Origin: Patescibacteria group bacterium
GTDB taxonomy: Bacteria > Patescibacteriota > UBA1384 > XYA2-FULL-43-10 > 1-14-0-10-43-13
Direction of reading: 5' to 3'
Assembly (NCBI GenBank): GCA_038078835.1
Contig: JBBTQI010000001.1
Coordinates: forward strand, 722 to 64,721
Length of the DNA stretch: 64,000 bases
Under the pieces are notes generated by a model, which was not told the DNA's origin, made no database searches, and worked only from the letters and a program-made list of their open reading frames with translations. Positions 1 to 8,784 of the stretch are shown here, piece by piece; position 1 is the stretch's first letter, and each line of letters starts with the position of its first letter. Position numbers and translations under genes: made by a program.

Positions 1-707
1 AAGCCTCTGGCCTTTGGCCTCTGGCCTTTGGCCTTGGCGCTGTAAACACTATGATCCACCCCATTATAAATCACAGCAATTTTCTGCGGCGAAACCCGGT
101 ATGTCTCAATAATATCCTTCTTTGATGTTCCGGACACGGTAATAATCTTGGCCGAATCGTGTACCGCCGACTTCATCACCGCCCGGAAAGCGATACGTTT
201 GAGCGAGTTTTGCCGGTGGAGGTGGCCGAACATCGTCAGATCGTGGACGGTCACGACATATCTGCCGCGGTAGCGAAGAGGATGATTGAATTGGGTAAAG
301 TGGACAAGATCAAACTTTTTGGCGTTTAGATAGGAGAGTAGTCTCGTCTGCTCTGCCACGGAGTAGTGGGGAATATCGAGTATACAAACAGTCAAGTTAG
401 GATATCGTTTATCGGTCACGAGGTCTGTATCGTTAGGGGTCTGTCGGCCTTCGGCTCTGAGGCCGCTCAGGCTCGAATAGTTACGTAACCGCTCGATGCT
501 ACCGATACGAGCTTCGTTACCCTGACCGCTCGACGACCTGACGACCACATTTAACCACTCCTTCACCGCTTTCACTCCGGCCGGTCTGATCAGCAAAGTA
601 TATTGATTGGATTTATCTAATGCCAAAATGCCCCGCACGATCTCTAGGGTGTAGCGGCTGACCGACTCCCCCACGCCAATAAAACGACCATCAATCAAAA
701 TTTTCAT
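1..707 (-). CDS. Glycosyltransferase family 1 (GT4-like), N-terminal portion; C-terminus lies beyond window start
   Basis: Reverse translation from ATG at 705-707 reads MKILIDGRFIGVGESVSRYTLEIV...VVTVHDLTMF..., typical GT4 N-domain. The open frame runs to position 1. Codons at 1-45 are a GGCC-type tandem repeat encoding KAKGQRPKARG. Confidence 0.6.
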   Translation of the reverse strand, partial: MKILIDGRFIGVGESVSRYTLEIVRGILALDKSNQYTLLIRPAGVKAVKEWLNVVVRSSSGQGNEARIGSIERLRNYSSLSGLRAEGRQTPNDTDLVTDKRYPNLTVCILDIPHYSVAEQTRLLSYLNAKKFDLVHFTQFNHPLRYRGRYVVTVHDLTMFGHLHRQNSLKRIAFRAVMKSAVHDSAKIITVSGTSKKDIIETYRVSPQKIAVIYNGVDHSVYSAKAKGQRPKARG

Positions 708-715
708 AGAAAATT

Positions 716-848
716 CTGCAAATTCCAAATACCAAATGACAAACTACAGACAAACTTCAATTTTCAAGCACCAACGATCAAAGCGTTTGGAATTTGAGTA
801 TTCGGAGTTGTTATTTATTTGTGATTTGGAAATTATTATTTGGAATTT
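716..848. repeat. CAAAT/ATTTG-rich palindromic intergenic element (MITE-like family, copy 1)
   Basis: Left arm aattccaaataccaaatgacaaac and right arm tttgtgatttggaaattattatttggaatttcg are inverted relative to each other. The left arm is near-identical to the copy at 8688-8714. Confidence 0.6.
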
Positions 849-863
849 CGAGCCACTGGTGCT

Positions 864-2099
864 CTAATCAGCTATTTTACTGACTCGCCGATCTGCCAAA
901 CTGCTCCCCGCCAACACAAACAGGGTTATTGCCAGAGCCGGATTGTCCGCCCAAGTGTGGAGAAGGGCGGCGGCAATCGAAACAGCAACTATGCCCGCAA
1001 ACAAGCCGACCTCGCCCCGGCGGTACAACTGCCTCAAAACAAAATATATCAACAAAAGCCAAAGAAGCAAACCGATCAAACCCAACTCCAGCCAAAGCTG
1101 AAAGTACCAGCTCTCAGAGATCAAGCCACTGCCATACTTCACCGCCAGCGGTCCGGCCGTGCCCAATCCCGAACCAAGGAGAAATTGGGTTGGCTCATCT
1201 ACCCGCCGGACAATCTCGGCCCAGGAATTAATAATCGCGCTGTAATGCTCCGATTGCGAGGCGCCATGAGTCACGAGATCGCGCCAGAGACCAATGTTCT
1301 GATTCAAAAGCTCGACAGCGCCAACCGCCAAAATCAAAACCCCTCCCGCCGCCGCTCTTATCCAAACCTGCGTCGGCACTAAAAAGAGTGCCAGAAACGC
1401 ACCGCCGATTAATCCGATAAAAGTGGAGCGCGAAAAGGTAAAGATAACGGCAGTACCAATCAAGAGCAGACCAAAGAGATAGCGGCGGTTTTTATGCCGC
1501 CGATAAGCAAACCAGAGGAGGAAAAAGGCGGGCAGAAGATAGGCGCCAAGCTGGTTGGGAGTGCCGATGATGGAAGCGCTTTGGAGAATCGGATTGACGG
1601 CAAAGCCCCCCCAGCCAAAACCTTTACCTGCCGGAATCAGGCCCCACTCCGCCCAATAATTAGCCGGCAGGAATCTCTCGACAAGCGCCCAAAACGCTAC
1701 AAGAACCGCCACGATGAGATAGATTTTTTTAAAACGGTCTATCGTCCCGGCGGCATTGTCCCGCCACGCCAAAATCAGGATAATAACCGCCATTAAGTTC
1801 AAACGATAGCCTTCAAGCGCTCGCCCCGCGTCAGCCGAAAGGAAGAGAACGGAGATAATGCCCAGGATAATTAACGCGCAAGCGGCGACGATCAAGGGCA
1901 AAACCGGCCCTTTCCGGAAAAGATTCCGTTTAAAAATCACAAAAAATGCCCCAATCACAACCGGCTCATACCAGTGGGTTATCCAAAAAACTGCCGACTC
2001 GCTCCAAACCGTCTGCTTTTGCAGCAGATTGATTAAAAAACTCTGAAAGGGCAGATAAATTAAAAGAACCAAAAGAAAATTATCCGGCAGACGGTTCAT
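864..2099 (-). CDS. Polytopic membrane protein, O-antigen ligase/Wzy-like polymerase family (paralog 1 of 3)
   Basis: 411 aa ORF with about 10-12 predicted TM helices and a large loop, matching the Wzy_C / O-antigen ligase architecture. Family assignment is from pattern only. Confidence 0.45.
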   Translation of the reverse strand: MNRLPDNFLLVLLIYLPFQSFLINLLQKQTVWSESAVFWITHWYEPVVIGAFFVIFKRNLFRKGPVLPLIVAACALIILGIISVLFLSADAGRALEGYRLNLMAVIILILAWRDNAAGTIDRFKKIYLIVAVLVAFWALVERFLPANYWAEWGLIPAGKGFGWGGFAVNPILQSASIIGTPNQLGAYLLPAFFLLWFAYRRHKNRRYLFGLLLIGTAVIFTFSRSTFIGLIGGAFLALFLVPTQVWIRAAAGGVLILAVGAVELLNQNIGLWRDLVTHGASQSEHYSAIINSWAEIVRRVDEPTQFLLGSGLGTAGPLAVKYGSGLISESWYFQLWLELGLIGLLLWLLLIYFVLRQLYRRGEVGLFAGIVAVSIAAALLHTWADNPALAITLFVLAGSSLADRRVSKIAD

Positions 2100-3309
2100 T
2101 GTTTACCTCGATAAGGGCCAGGGCCAACCAGAACAGGGCGGCCAGATCATTTTTAAAATAAGTGGTGTCGAAAAAACCGTGAATTAAGATAGCAACAAGA
2201 GCCAGGACCGCCGCCCACTTCGCCGTTCCCCACTGCCGCCGCGCCCGCCGGAAAAATCGACCCAAAAGACCGAAAAAAGCCAAGAGGCCCCAAAAGCCCA
2301 GATTGAGCCAGAGGGCGAGATAGAGGTTGTGCGGATGGAGGGCGTAAGTTAAAAGATAACGCCGGAAACCGATATCGTTCTCTGTTGCGGCGGCAATCGC
2401 CCCCTCGTATCCGCCCAAGCCGAGACCGAAAAGCCAGTTCTCACGCAGAAGAGCCATTGAATAGTTATAAATATCCAGGCGTGAGCGATCAATGTCGGAG
2501 AGGGGCCGTCCCAGGGGAGTATTAAGCCCGACCCAAACCAGGGTTGCGGCCAGTCCCAAAGCAAGGGCAACTTTCGCCGCCGGCACCAGCCGCTGTCCCG
2601 GCAAATTTGCGACAAGCGCCTTTTGGCGCGAGAAGAAAACCAGGGCGCCCAAAGCCAGAGTCAGAGCCAGGGCCAGCAAACCGGCGCGGGAGAGCGCCAA
2701 AAAGATAGCGATAAGAACCGGAACCATAATGCAAGCCAGAGTCAGCCGCTCCCGGTTGTTCCTGGCCAACCCAAAAACCGGCAGCGAGAGAAAGAGCGCC
2801 GGCACCAGAAACATCGCCAAGTAGTTGGGCGATTCAAAGGGACCAAAAGCCCGGAAGTGCTCGGGGTTTAAATATTGAAAGAAGGATGAATCGCCGACCT
2901 GATAAGCCGCCAGCCGAACCGCCCCCAAACGCTGAAGAATCGCCCAGAAAGAGACCAGAAGAGTCGAGAGCAGAAGAGAGTATGACAGCTTGGAGAGATT
3001 GGCCCGGCCGATGCCATTGGCGACACTCCAGGCGTAGAGAGCCGGAATCAGAAACCAGCCCTTAAAGATGCCCAGCGCATTGTAGTGATCGCTCGCCACA
3101 GCAACCGAGACCAGAGCCGTCGTCAAAAAGAGAACAAACCGGAGTGAACTAAATCGAATCCCTGCCCTGTTCCGAATCACCCTTGTTAGAACTGCGGCGA
3201 AAGCCAGCAAAACGGCCGCTTCAAAGATATTGGTTTTGACTGCACCAAAGCTAAAACGGAAAAAATAGAAAGGAATCAAAAAGGTCGCAAGATAAATTAA
3301 CAGGTTCAT
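2080..3309 (-). CDS. O-antigen ligase/Wzy-like polymerase family membrane protein (paralog 2)
   Basis: Multi-TM ORF. Start chosen at internal MNLLIYLATF (ATG 3307-3309), which gives an ATGA overlap with the upstream gene. Similar topology to the neighbours. Confidence 0.45.
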   Translation of the reverse strand: MNLLIYLATFLIPFYFFRFSFGAVKTNIFEAAVLLAFAAVLTRVIRNRAGIRFSSLRFVLFLTTALVSVAVASDHYNALGIFKGWFLIPALYAWSVANGIGRANLSKLSYSLLLSTLLVSFWAILQRLGAVRLAAYQVGDSSFFQYLNPEHFRAFGPFESPNYLAMFLVPALFLSLPVFGLARNNRERLTLACIMVPVLIAIFLALSRAGLLALALTLALGALVFFSRQKALVANLPGQRLVPAAKVALALGLAATLVWVGLNTPLGRPLSDIDRSRLDIYNYSMALLRENWLFGLGLGGYEGAIAAATENDIGFRRYLLTYALHPHNLYLALWLNLGFWGLLAFFGLLGRFFRRARRQWGTAKWAAVLALVAILIHGFFDTTYFKNDLAALFWLALALIEVNNEPSAG

Positions 3310-4613
3310 CTCTGATTTGTCTCCGCCGCATTTTTGGCCGCCTCGGCCAGCGCCAGGAAAACCCAAATACTAAGAACGTAAAGCGTCGAGAAGGTCATAT
3401 ATTGAATAAAGATCGCCACCAGCGCCAGTGTCAGAAAAAGATTGTCAATCTGCCGCTCCGAATAATCATCGATTAGGGCAAAGAGGTTCTCGCCGATAAA
3501 TAATATCAGAAAGAGACCAAAGAGAATAAAGCCGAGCATTCCCTCCTCAACCAGAATCTCCAAATAAAGATTGTTGACAATCTGCCAGGCTGACTTTGCT
3601 CTGATCGGTTCAAACTCCGGCAGAGCACCAAAGGCGCCGGCGCCGACACCCCACGGCTGCTCTACGATCTTGTCGATCGCCACCCGCATTGTGTAGCCGC
3701 GGCTGGTAATGTAATCGTAATCTCTTGCCCCGGAAGCGGCCGTCTCGGTGTCGGGAATCGGCTCGGCCGTGCCCGACTGCTCAACGTAAGACCTGACACC
3801 CTTCTCCCCCGCCGCCAGATAGACGAGACCCATCGCCGCCCCAAAAGCAAAGGAGGCGATAGCAACAATAAGGAGAATCCGTTTGAGATGCGAACGGAAG
3901 CGCCCCAAAAGATACAGGCTAAGCAAAATAAAGCTGACGAGCAAAGACCAGAGCGCGCCGCGGGAGAGTGTCAGAAAAAAAACGGTCAAGAGGATCAGCA
4001 AAGCATAACCGTAGGGACGGCCGCGCCGGCGCATCATCTGCCGCATAGTAAGATAAACGGGGACAAGCAGAAAGTTAGCAAAGTAGAGCGGCTCCAAAAA
4101 GGTGGAGTGAACACGGGGAAACCCAAAGACCTCGCTTTGGTATGGGGAGCGGAGAAAGGAGAGGTGAGCCAGCGCGCCGCTGGCCTCGGCGACAAATTGC
4201 CAGAGAGCAAAGAGGGCGGCGGCCACGCCGACGCCGATAATAATATTATAATATCTCTCCAGCTTGGCCGGCTCGATTGACTGCTTTAGAACAAAGTAAA
4301 CTATAACGACAAAGAGGAAGAGACAGCTGGTAATCAGAGAGCGGAGCGGATTAATTGACCAGATGATTGTCAAAAAAGAGGAGGCGACAAAAGCCAGAAG
4401 AAAATAATCGGTCGCGGTGAGCTTGAGGTTGCGCCAGCTTCCCTGCAGAATATAGACGGCAACCAGCGCCAGAGCAACAAGATAAGAGAGCTTGACGGTG
4501 TAGCCAAAGAGGTCAAGGGTCGGCAGATACTCAAAGGGCAGAAGGAGAAGGAGCAGCAGAGTCAGACGATAAACAAGATTGCCCTCCCAAATTTTGCCAA
4601 GCACTTTTTTCAT
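3306..4613 (-). CDS. O-antigen ligase/Wzy-like polymerase family membrane protein (paralog 3)
   Basis: 435 aa multi-TM ORF starting MKKVLGKIWEG. It has a large soluble loop (SYVEQSGTAEPIPDTETAASGARDYDYITSRGYTMRVAIDKIVEQPWGVG). Confidence 0.45.
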   Translation of the reverse strand: MKKVLGKIWEGNLVYRLTLLLLLLLPFEYLPTLDLFGYTVKLSYLVALALVAVYILQGSWRNLKLTATDYFLLAFVASSFLTIIWSINPLRSLITSCLFLFVVIVYFVLKQSIEPAKLERYYNIIIGVGVAAALFALWQFVAEASGALAHLSFLRSPYQSEVFGFPRVHSTFLEPLYFANFLLVPVYLTMRQMMRRRGRPYGYALLILLTVFFLTLSRGALWSLLVSFILLSLYLLGRFRSHLKRILLIVAIASFAFGAAMGLVYLAAGEKGVRSYVEQSGTAEPIPDTETAASGARDYDYITSRGYTMRVAIDKIVEQPWGVGAGAFGALPEFEPIRAKSAWQIVNNLYLEILVEEGMLGFILFGLFLILFIGENLFALIDDYSERQIDNLFLTLALVAIFIQYMTFSTLYVLSIWVFLALAEAAKNAAETNQR

Positions 4614-4798
4614 CCTTCCCCCAATTATGAGACCATTAAGATTGAAAGCGAAATCTTAATTTTATGGTATCACCTCCTTCCTGAATTTTCCATTAATTTC
4701 CTTTGCGTCGCCAAGTGGTGGTATGGTAAACTAAAAGGGTAAGGATTGTTCCATTTTATAGCTCCTCTGACTCTGGAGGGGGAGTTATCGGTGTAGTT

Positions 4799-6028
4799 GT
4801 GATGATAAAATCTTTGGCCAAAATCTTGACTTTAACAGCACTAGCCAGCTTAATCATCGGTCTTAATCCCGGGCGGCTTTTAGCGTTGGATACCTCCAAG
4901 GATAATTTCTTGAGCGGCGATTATAAAAATAATCTTATTGATGATTACTCCTTTATTGACATTAACTCTGTGGATCAGGCGGCGATTCAGAAATTCCTTG
5001 ACGACAAAGAGTCGCCCCTGCGCGACTACTCCGAAGGCGGCCGCTCGGCCGCTCAAATTATTTACGACGCCGCTCACGGCGCCAATGAAGCCAGCGGCGA
5101 CTGGGGCGGTATCAGCGTCAACACAACAACCGGCACCGTCAGTCCCAAAATTATTCTAACCTATCTGGAGAAGGAACAAAGCCTCATCTCCCGCGACGAC
5201 CGGCCCGACAACGTCCTCATCAAAGCTATGGGCTACCAGTGCTACGTTGGCGTCTCCAATGACAACAACGAAAATACCTGCAACGACCGCTATGAAAATT
5301 TTACCCTCCAGATCGAAAACGCCGCCTGGCAGCTGCGCTACAACTATGAATACGCTAAACGGGGCACCAAACCGAGCGGCGTGGCCACCCACTATTTAAC
5401 CAATGATACAGAAACTTTTTATGGCGAATACAAATACAACAACCCCGACAGTGCTTACTACAACCCCAAATATTACGGCCCCTTTGAGATAACTTTCGCC
5501 AATGCCGCCACCGCTTCCATCTATAGCTACACGCCCTACATCTTTGACAGCTCTTACAACTTCTGGCAGATCTTTAACGACTACTTCACCGCCTCGCCGC
5601 CGCCGCCGCCCACCCCCACAACCAACGACACGGCCAGATTGGTCATAAAGACTTATACCAACCCCGTTACCGTGGGCGGAAGCAAGAGCGCCGAAGATGC
5701 CGTCTTCTTTAACAACACCCTTATCGAGGTCGCCGGCAAGACCGCCTGGCAGCTCACCTTTGAAACCGAGATCGGAACCAAAACCTACACCGTTGAGTAT
5801 AAGAACGGCAACAGCGAGGTTGTCGCAACCAAGGAGATTGAGGTTACCCGGCACAAGACCGCCGACATCAACGGCGATGGCAATGTTGATATCCAGGACC
5901 TCTCCCTTCTGGCCAACTATTGGGGGCAGGAGCACCCCGGCGACCCCTTTGCCAATCTGAACCCGGGCGAGGATGAGGTTGTCGACATTATCGATTTATC
6001 AATCTTGGCCAGCAATTGGAACGGCTAA
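4799..6028 (+). CDS. Secreted protein with C-terminal type I dockerin-like domain
   Basis: Signal peptide MMIKSLAKILTLTALASLIIG, a PPPPPTPTT linker, then DINGDGNVDIQDLSLLANYW ... DEVVDIIDLSILASNW, which matches the duplicated dockerin Ca-binding loop plus helix. GGAGGGGGAG RBS upstream. Confidence 0.6.
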   Translation: MMIKSLAKILTLTALASLIIGLNPGRLLALDTSKDNFLSGDYKNNLIDDYSFIDINSVDQAAIQKFLDDKESPLRDYSEGGRSAAQIIYDAAHGANEASGDWGGISVNTTTGTVSPKIILTYLEKEQSLISRDDRPDNVLIKAMGYQCYVGVSNDNNENTCNDRYENFTLQIENAAWQLRYNYEYAKRGTKPSGVATHYLTNDTETFYGEYKYNNPDSAYYNPKYYGPFEITFANAATASIYSYTPYIFDSSYNFWQIFNDYFTASPPPPPTPTTNDTARLVIKTYTNPVTVGGSKSAEDAVFFNNTLIEVAGKTAWQLTFETEIGTKTYTVEYKNGNSEVVATKEIEVTRHKTADINGDGNVDIQDLSLLANYWGQEHPGDPFANLNPGEDEVVDIIDLSILASNWNG

Positions 6029-6029
6029 T

Positions 6030-6150
6030 CTCCTACAAAATTACAAATTTATCGAAACTACAAATACTACAAAACTATGAATCAGCGATCCCTCTTTGTT
6101 TGTGATTTTGTAAGATTTGTACTTTTGTGTAATTTGTAATTTTGTAGGAG
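6030..6150. repeat. MITE-like element with perfect 19-bp terminal inverted repeats (CTCCTACAAAATTACAAAT)
   Basis: tcctacaaaattacaaatt at 6031-6049 is the exact reverse complement of aatttgtaattttgtagga at 6131-6149. Internal arms are CAAAT/ATTTG-rich. The right TIR supplies the AGGAG SD of the downstream gene. Confidence 0.7.
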
Positions 6151-6156
6151 TGGGTT

Positions 6157-7401
6157 ATGAAAAAAGTTTTGATCTTAAGCGTGGGATTGATATTAAACTT
6201 ACTCGCAATCTCAAGTGTCCGGGCGGAGGGCGGGATCTTTGCCTCCGGCGGCGGTGCCAAGACGGTCGGCCAGACCTTTACCGTTACCGTGGCGGCCAGC
6301 GGCACCAATTTTGATAGCCTTCAAGGTATAATCTCCGTTTCCGGACCGGTTGATGTCGTCTCCTTCGCCGCCGGCGGCGCCACCTGGCTGCCCGGGAAAA
6401 CCCCCTCAAACGGCGGTCAATTTGTCGGCATCACCTCGGAGAGCAGCTCCATTACCGTCGCCACAATCAAGTTGAAGGGTAAATCGGTCGGCAATGGCAA
6501 TGTCTCGGTCAGCGGCGCCAAACTGGCCAACAAGGGCAGTATTGTCGGCACCGGCGCCGGCGGCGCCACTTTTAGCATCGCGCCTGCACCTGATTACCCC
6601 GACAAGGTGGCTATAACCTCGCCGACTCACCCTGACCCCAATGTCGCTTACGAAGCGACCACGGTCACGCTTAATTGGGAAAAGGAGTCGGGCGTCACCG
6701 GCTTTGCCTACGTCCTTGACCAAACCGAGGACACCGCTCCCGCTTCCAAGGTGACCTCAGCCGAAACGACGGTCACCTATGCCGACCAGGCCATCGGCGT
6801 TTATTATTTCCATATCAAAGCCCAAAACAGGGATGGCTGGGGTCCGGTCAACCACTTTAAAATCACCATCAAGGAGCCGGAGGCCAAGATTGATCCGGCG
6901 CTCGCCCCGCCGGCAAATCTCGCCGTCAAAAAGACCGCTGAATTTACAAATGATATCGAAAGTGGTACAGTGACGGGTATCACTATCTCGGGTCAAACCG
7001 AACCCGGTTTTAGCGTCAACTTAACACTCGATCCCGCTCTCACCGTACCGGAGGGTAAAACCTTAACGGCGTTGGCCGGCGCGAACGGCTACTTTGAGCT
7101 TAATCTCGATTATCCCGTCCGAGCCGGTTTTTACAAGCTAACAGTTCAGGGTCAGAAGGACAAAATCCTCACTCCGGTGAGCAACGAACTGCGCTTCGAG
7201 ATTAATCAGGCAGCGGGCGGCACCGTGAATGTCTTGACTGATAATGACCGTTTCCCACCAGTAATCGAACCGCCCAAACCCAAGCAGTGGTACGAAAAGA
7301 TTACCAAATCAATGATTTTTTATGCCGGCGCCGGCGCTCTTGTCTTGATGATACTTTCCAACACCGGCACAGCGTTGTTTTTCAAACGGCGATATCGATA
7401 A
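6157..7401 (+). CDS. Membrane-anchored surface protein with N-terminal cohesin-like module and FN3-like domain
   Basis: Signal peptide followed by GQTFTVTVAASGTNFDSLQGIISVSGPVDVVSFAAG...ITVATIKLKGKSVGNGNVSVSG, a cohesin-like beta-sandwich pattern. C-terminal TM helix plus KRRYR stop-transfer. Confidence 0.5.
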   Translation: MKKVLILSVGLILNLLAISSVRAEGGIFASGGGAKTVGQTFTVTVAASGTNFDSLQGIISVSGPVDVVSFAAGGATWLPGKTPSNGGQFVGITSESSSITVATIKLKGKSVGNGNVSVSGAKLANKGSIVGTGAGGATFSIAPAPDYPDKVAITSPTHPDPNVAYEATTVTLNWEKESGVTGFAYVLDQTEDTAPASKVTSAETTVTYADQAIGVYYFHIKAQNRDGWGPVNHFKITIKEPEAKIDPALAPPANLAVKKTAEFTNDIESGTVTGITISGQTEPGFSVNLTLDPALTVPEGKTLTALAGANGYFELNLDYPVRAGFYKLTVQGQKDKILTPVSNELRFEINQAAGGTVNVLTDNDRFPPVIEPPKPKQWYEKITKSMIFYAGAGALVLMILSNTGTALFFKRRYR

Positions 7402-7408
7402 GCCGCAA

Positions 7409-8740
7409 ATGAAAAAAATTGTCTTAATCTCCTCCGACAAGGTGGGTAGAACGATGGCGGGACCGGGGATCCGCTATTTTGAGATGGCTCGCGCCCTGGC
7501 CCAAGATTTTAACGTCACCCTGGCCGTCCCCAACGAGTGCGATCTGGCCGGCGAGGGCTTCTCTCTTAAGACTTACAACTCGCGCTGGCCGAGCCACACC
7601 CTCAAAGCGACGGTTGCCCCAGCCGATGCGGTTGTTGCCCAAGCCCTCTGGCCCGATCTGCTTTTTTACCTCAAGCGCCATAAAATCAAATATATCGCCG
7701 ACCTCTACGATCCCGTTGTCATTGAGGTGCTTGAATATTTAAAAAACGAACCGCCGGCCCGTCAGCGTCGGACATTTGACTTCCATCGCCGCAATCTCCT
7801 GCTGCAAGTTAATACCGCCAACCACCTCCTTTGCGCCACTCCGACCCAACGCGATTTCTACCTCGGCATCCTCTCCGGCCAGGGCCTGATTACGCCGCGC
7901 GAGTACAGCCAATCGGACGATCTGACCCGCTCCATCTCTCTCTTACCCTTTGGCCTGCCCAAAGATCCGCCCAAGCCGCCCGGCCGCTTTAAATTTGAGG
8001 AACTGTATCCGGCGATTCGACTCTCTGATAAAGTTGTTTACTGGGGCGGGGGCATCTGGAACTGGTTTGATCCCTTGACCGCTATCAAGGCAATCGAGCA
8101 GATCAGCCGGAAGCGGAGTGATATTAAACTGGTTTTTCTGGGCGCCAAGCATCCCAACAAAAAGATTAAAGCCATGGCGGCGGTGACTGAGGCCGTTGAA
8201 TACTGCCGGAAGCACGATTTACTTGACCGCTTCGTCTTCTTCAATTTTGACTGGACTCCTTACGAGGAGCGCGCCGGTTATCTTGCCAGAGCCAATATAG
8301 GCATTTCGACCCACCGCCAAAATCTTGAGACTCACTTCTCCTTCCGGACACGGATTCTTGACTATCTTTGGGCCGAACTGCCGATGGTCCTCACCGAGGG
8401 CGACGCCTTAAGCGAGATGGTGCGAGAAAAAAATCTCGGAGCGGTAATCAAGGCGAGCGATGTTCCGGGTGCGGCCAGAGCCATCATCGAGCTGGCCGAC
8501 AACGGTCGGCGGCGGGACGAGATAAAGCGCAATATCAGAGCGGTCAAAGATCAATACTGCTGGGAGAGAGTCGTTGCCAACCTGGCTGATTTGATTAAGC
8601 GGGACACCCTGCCCGATCGGCCTCTTTCTTACCTCAAACTGTTGCGCCTCGCCAAAAATTTTTACTGGGCGGGAATGATTAAAAAATTAAATTCCAAATC
8701 ACAAATAACAAATGTTTGGAAATTGATAATTGGACTTTGA
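7409..8740 (+). CDS. Glycosyltransferase family 1 (GT4)
   Basis: 443 aa with a GT4-type C-terminal domain (VYWGGGIWNWFDPLTAIKAI...LGAVIKASDVPGAARAI). The last ~18 codons (KKLNSKSQITNVWKLIIGL) are encoded by the repeat element at 8688. Confidence 0.7.
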   Translation: MKKIVLISSDKVGRTMAGPGIRYFEMARALAQDFNVTLAVPNECDLAGEGFSLKTYNSRWPSHTLKATVAPADAVVAQALWPDLLFYLKRHKIKYIADLYDPVVIEVLEYLKNEPPARQRRTFDFHRRNLLLQVNTANHLLCATPTQRDFYLGILSGQGLITPREYSQSDDLTRSISLLPFGLPKDPPKPPGRFKFEELYPAIRLSDKVVYWGGGIWNWFDPLTAIKAIEQISRKRSDIKLVFLGAKHPNKKIKAMAAVTEAVEYCRKHDLLDRFVFFNFDWTPYEERAGYLARANIGISTHRQNLETHFSFRTRILDYLWAELPMVLTEGDALSEMVREKNLGAVIKASDVPGAARAIIELADNGRRRDEIKRNIRAVKDQYCWERVVANLADLIKRDTLPDRPLSYLKLLRLAKNFYWAGMIKKLNSKSQITNVWKLIIGL

Positions 8741-8778
8741 GATTTATTTGGTATTTGTTATTTGATGTTTGGAGTTTA
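8688..8778. repeat. CAAAT/ATTTG palindromic element (copy 3)
   Basis: aattccaaatcacaaataacaaatg paired with atttggtatttgttatttgatgtttgg. Overlaps the 3-prime end of the GT1 gene and precedes the flippase start. Confidence 0.6.
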
Positions 8779-8784
8779 AAGATA

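Noticed and set aside
840-1382. 180 aa plus-strand ORF (and 929..1231) overlapping the Wzy-like gene
   Set aside because: Antisense to a well-supported multi-TM ORF. Arg/Pro/Gln-rich composition typical of an out-of-frame reading of a GC-balanced membrane-protein gene.
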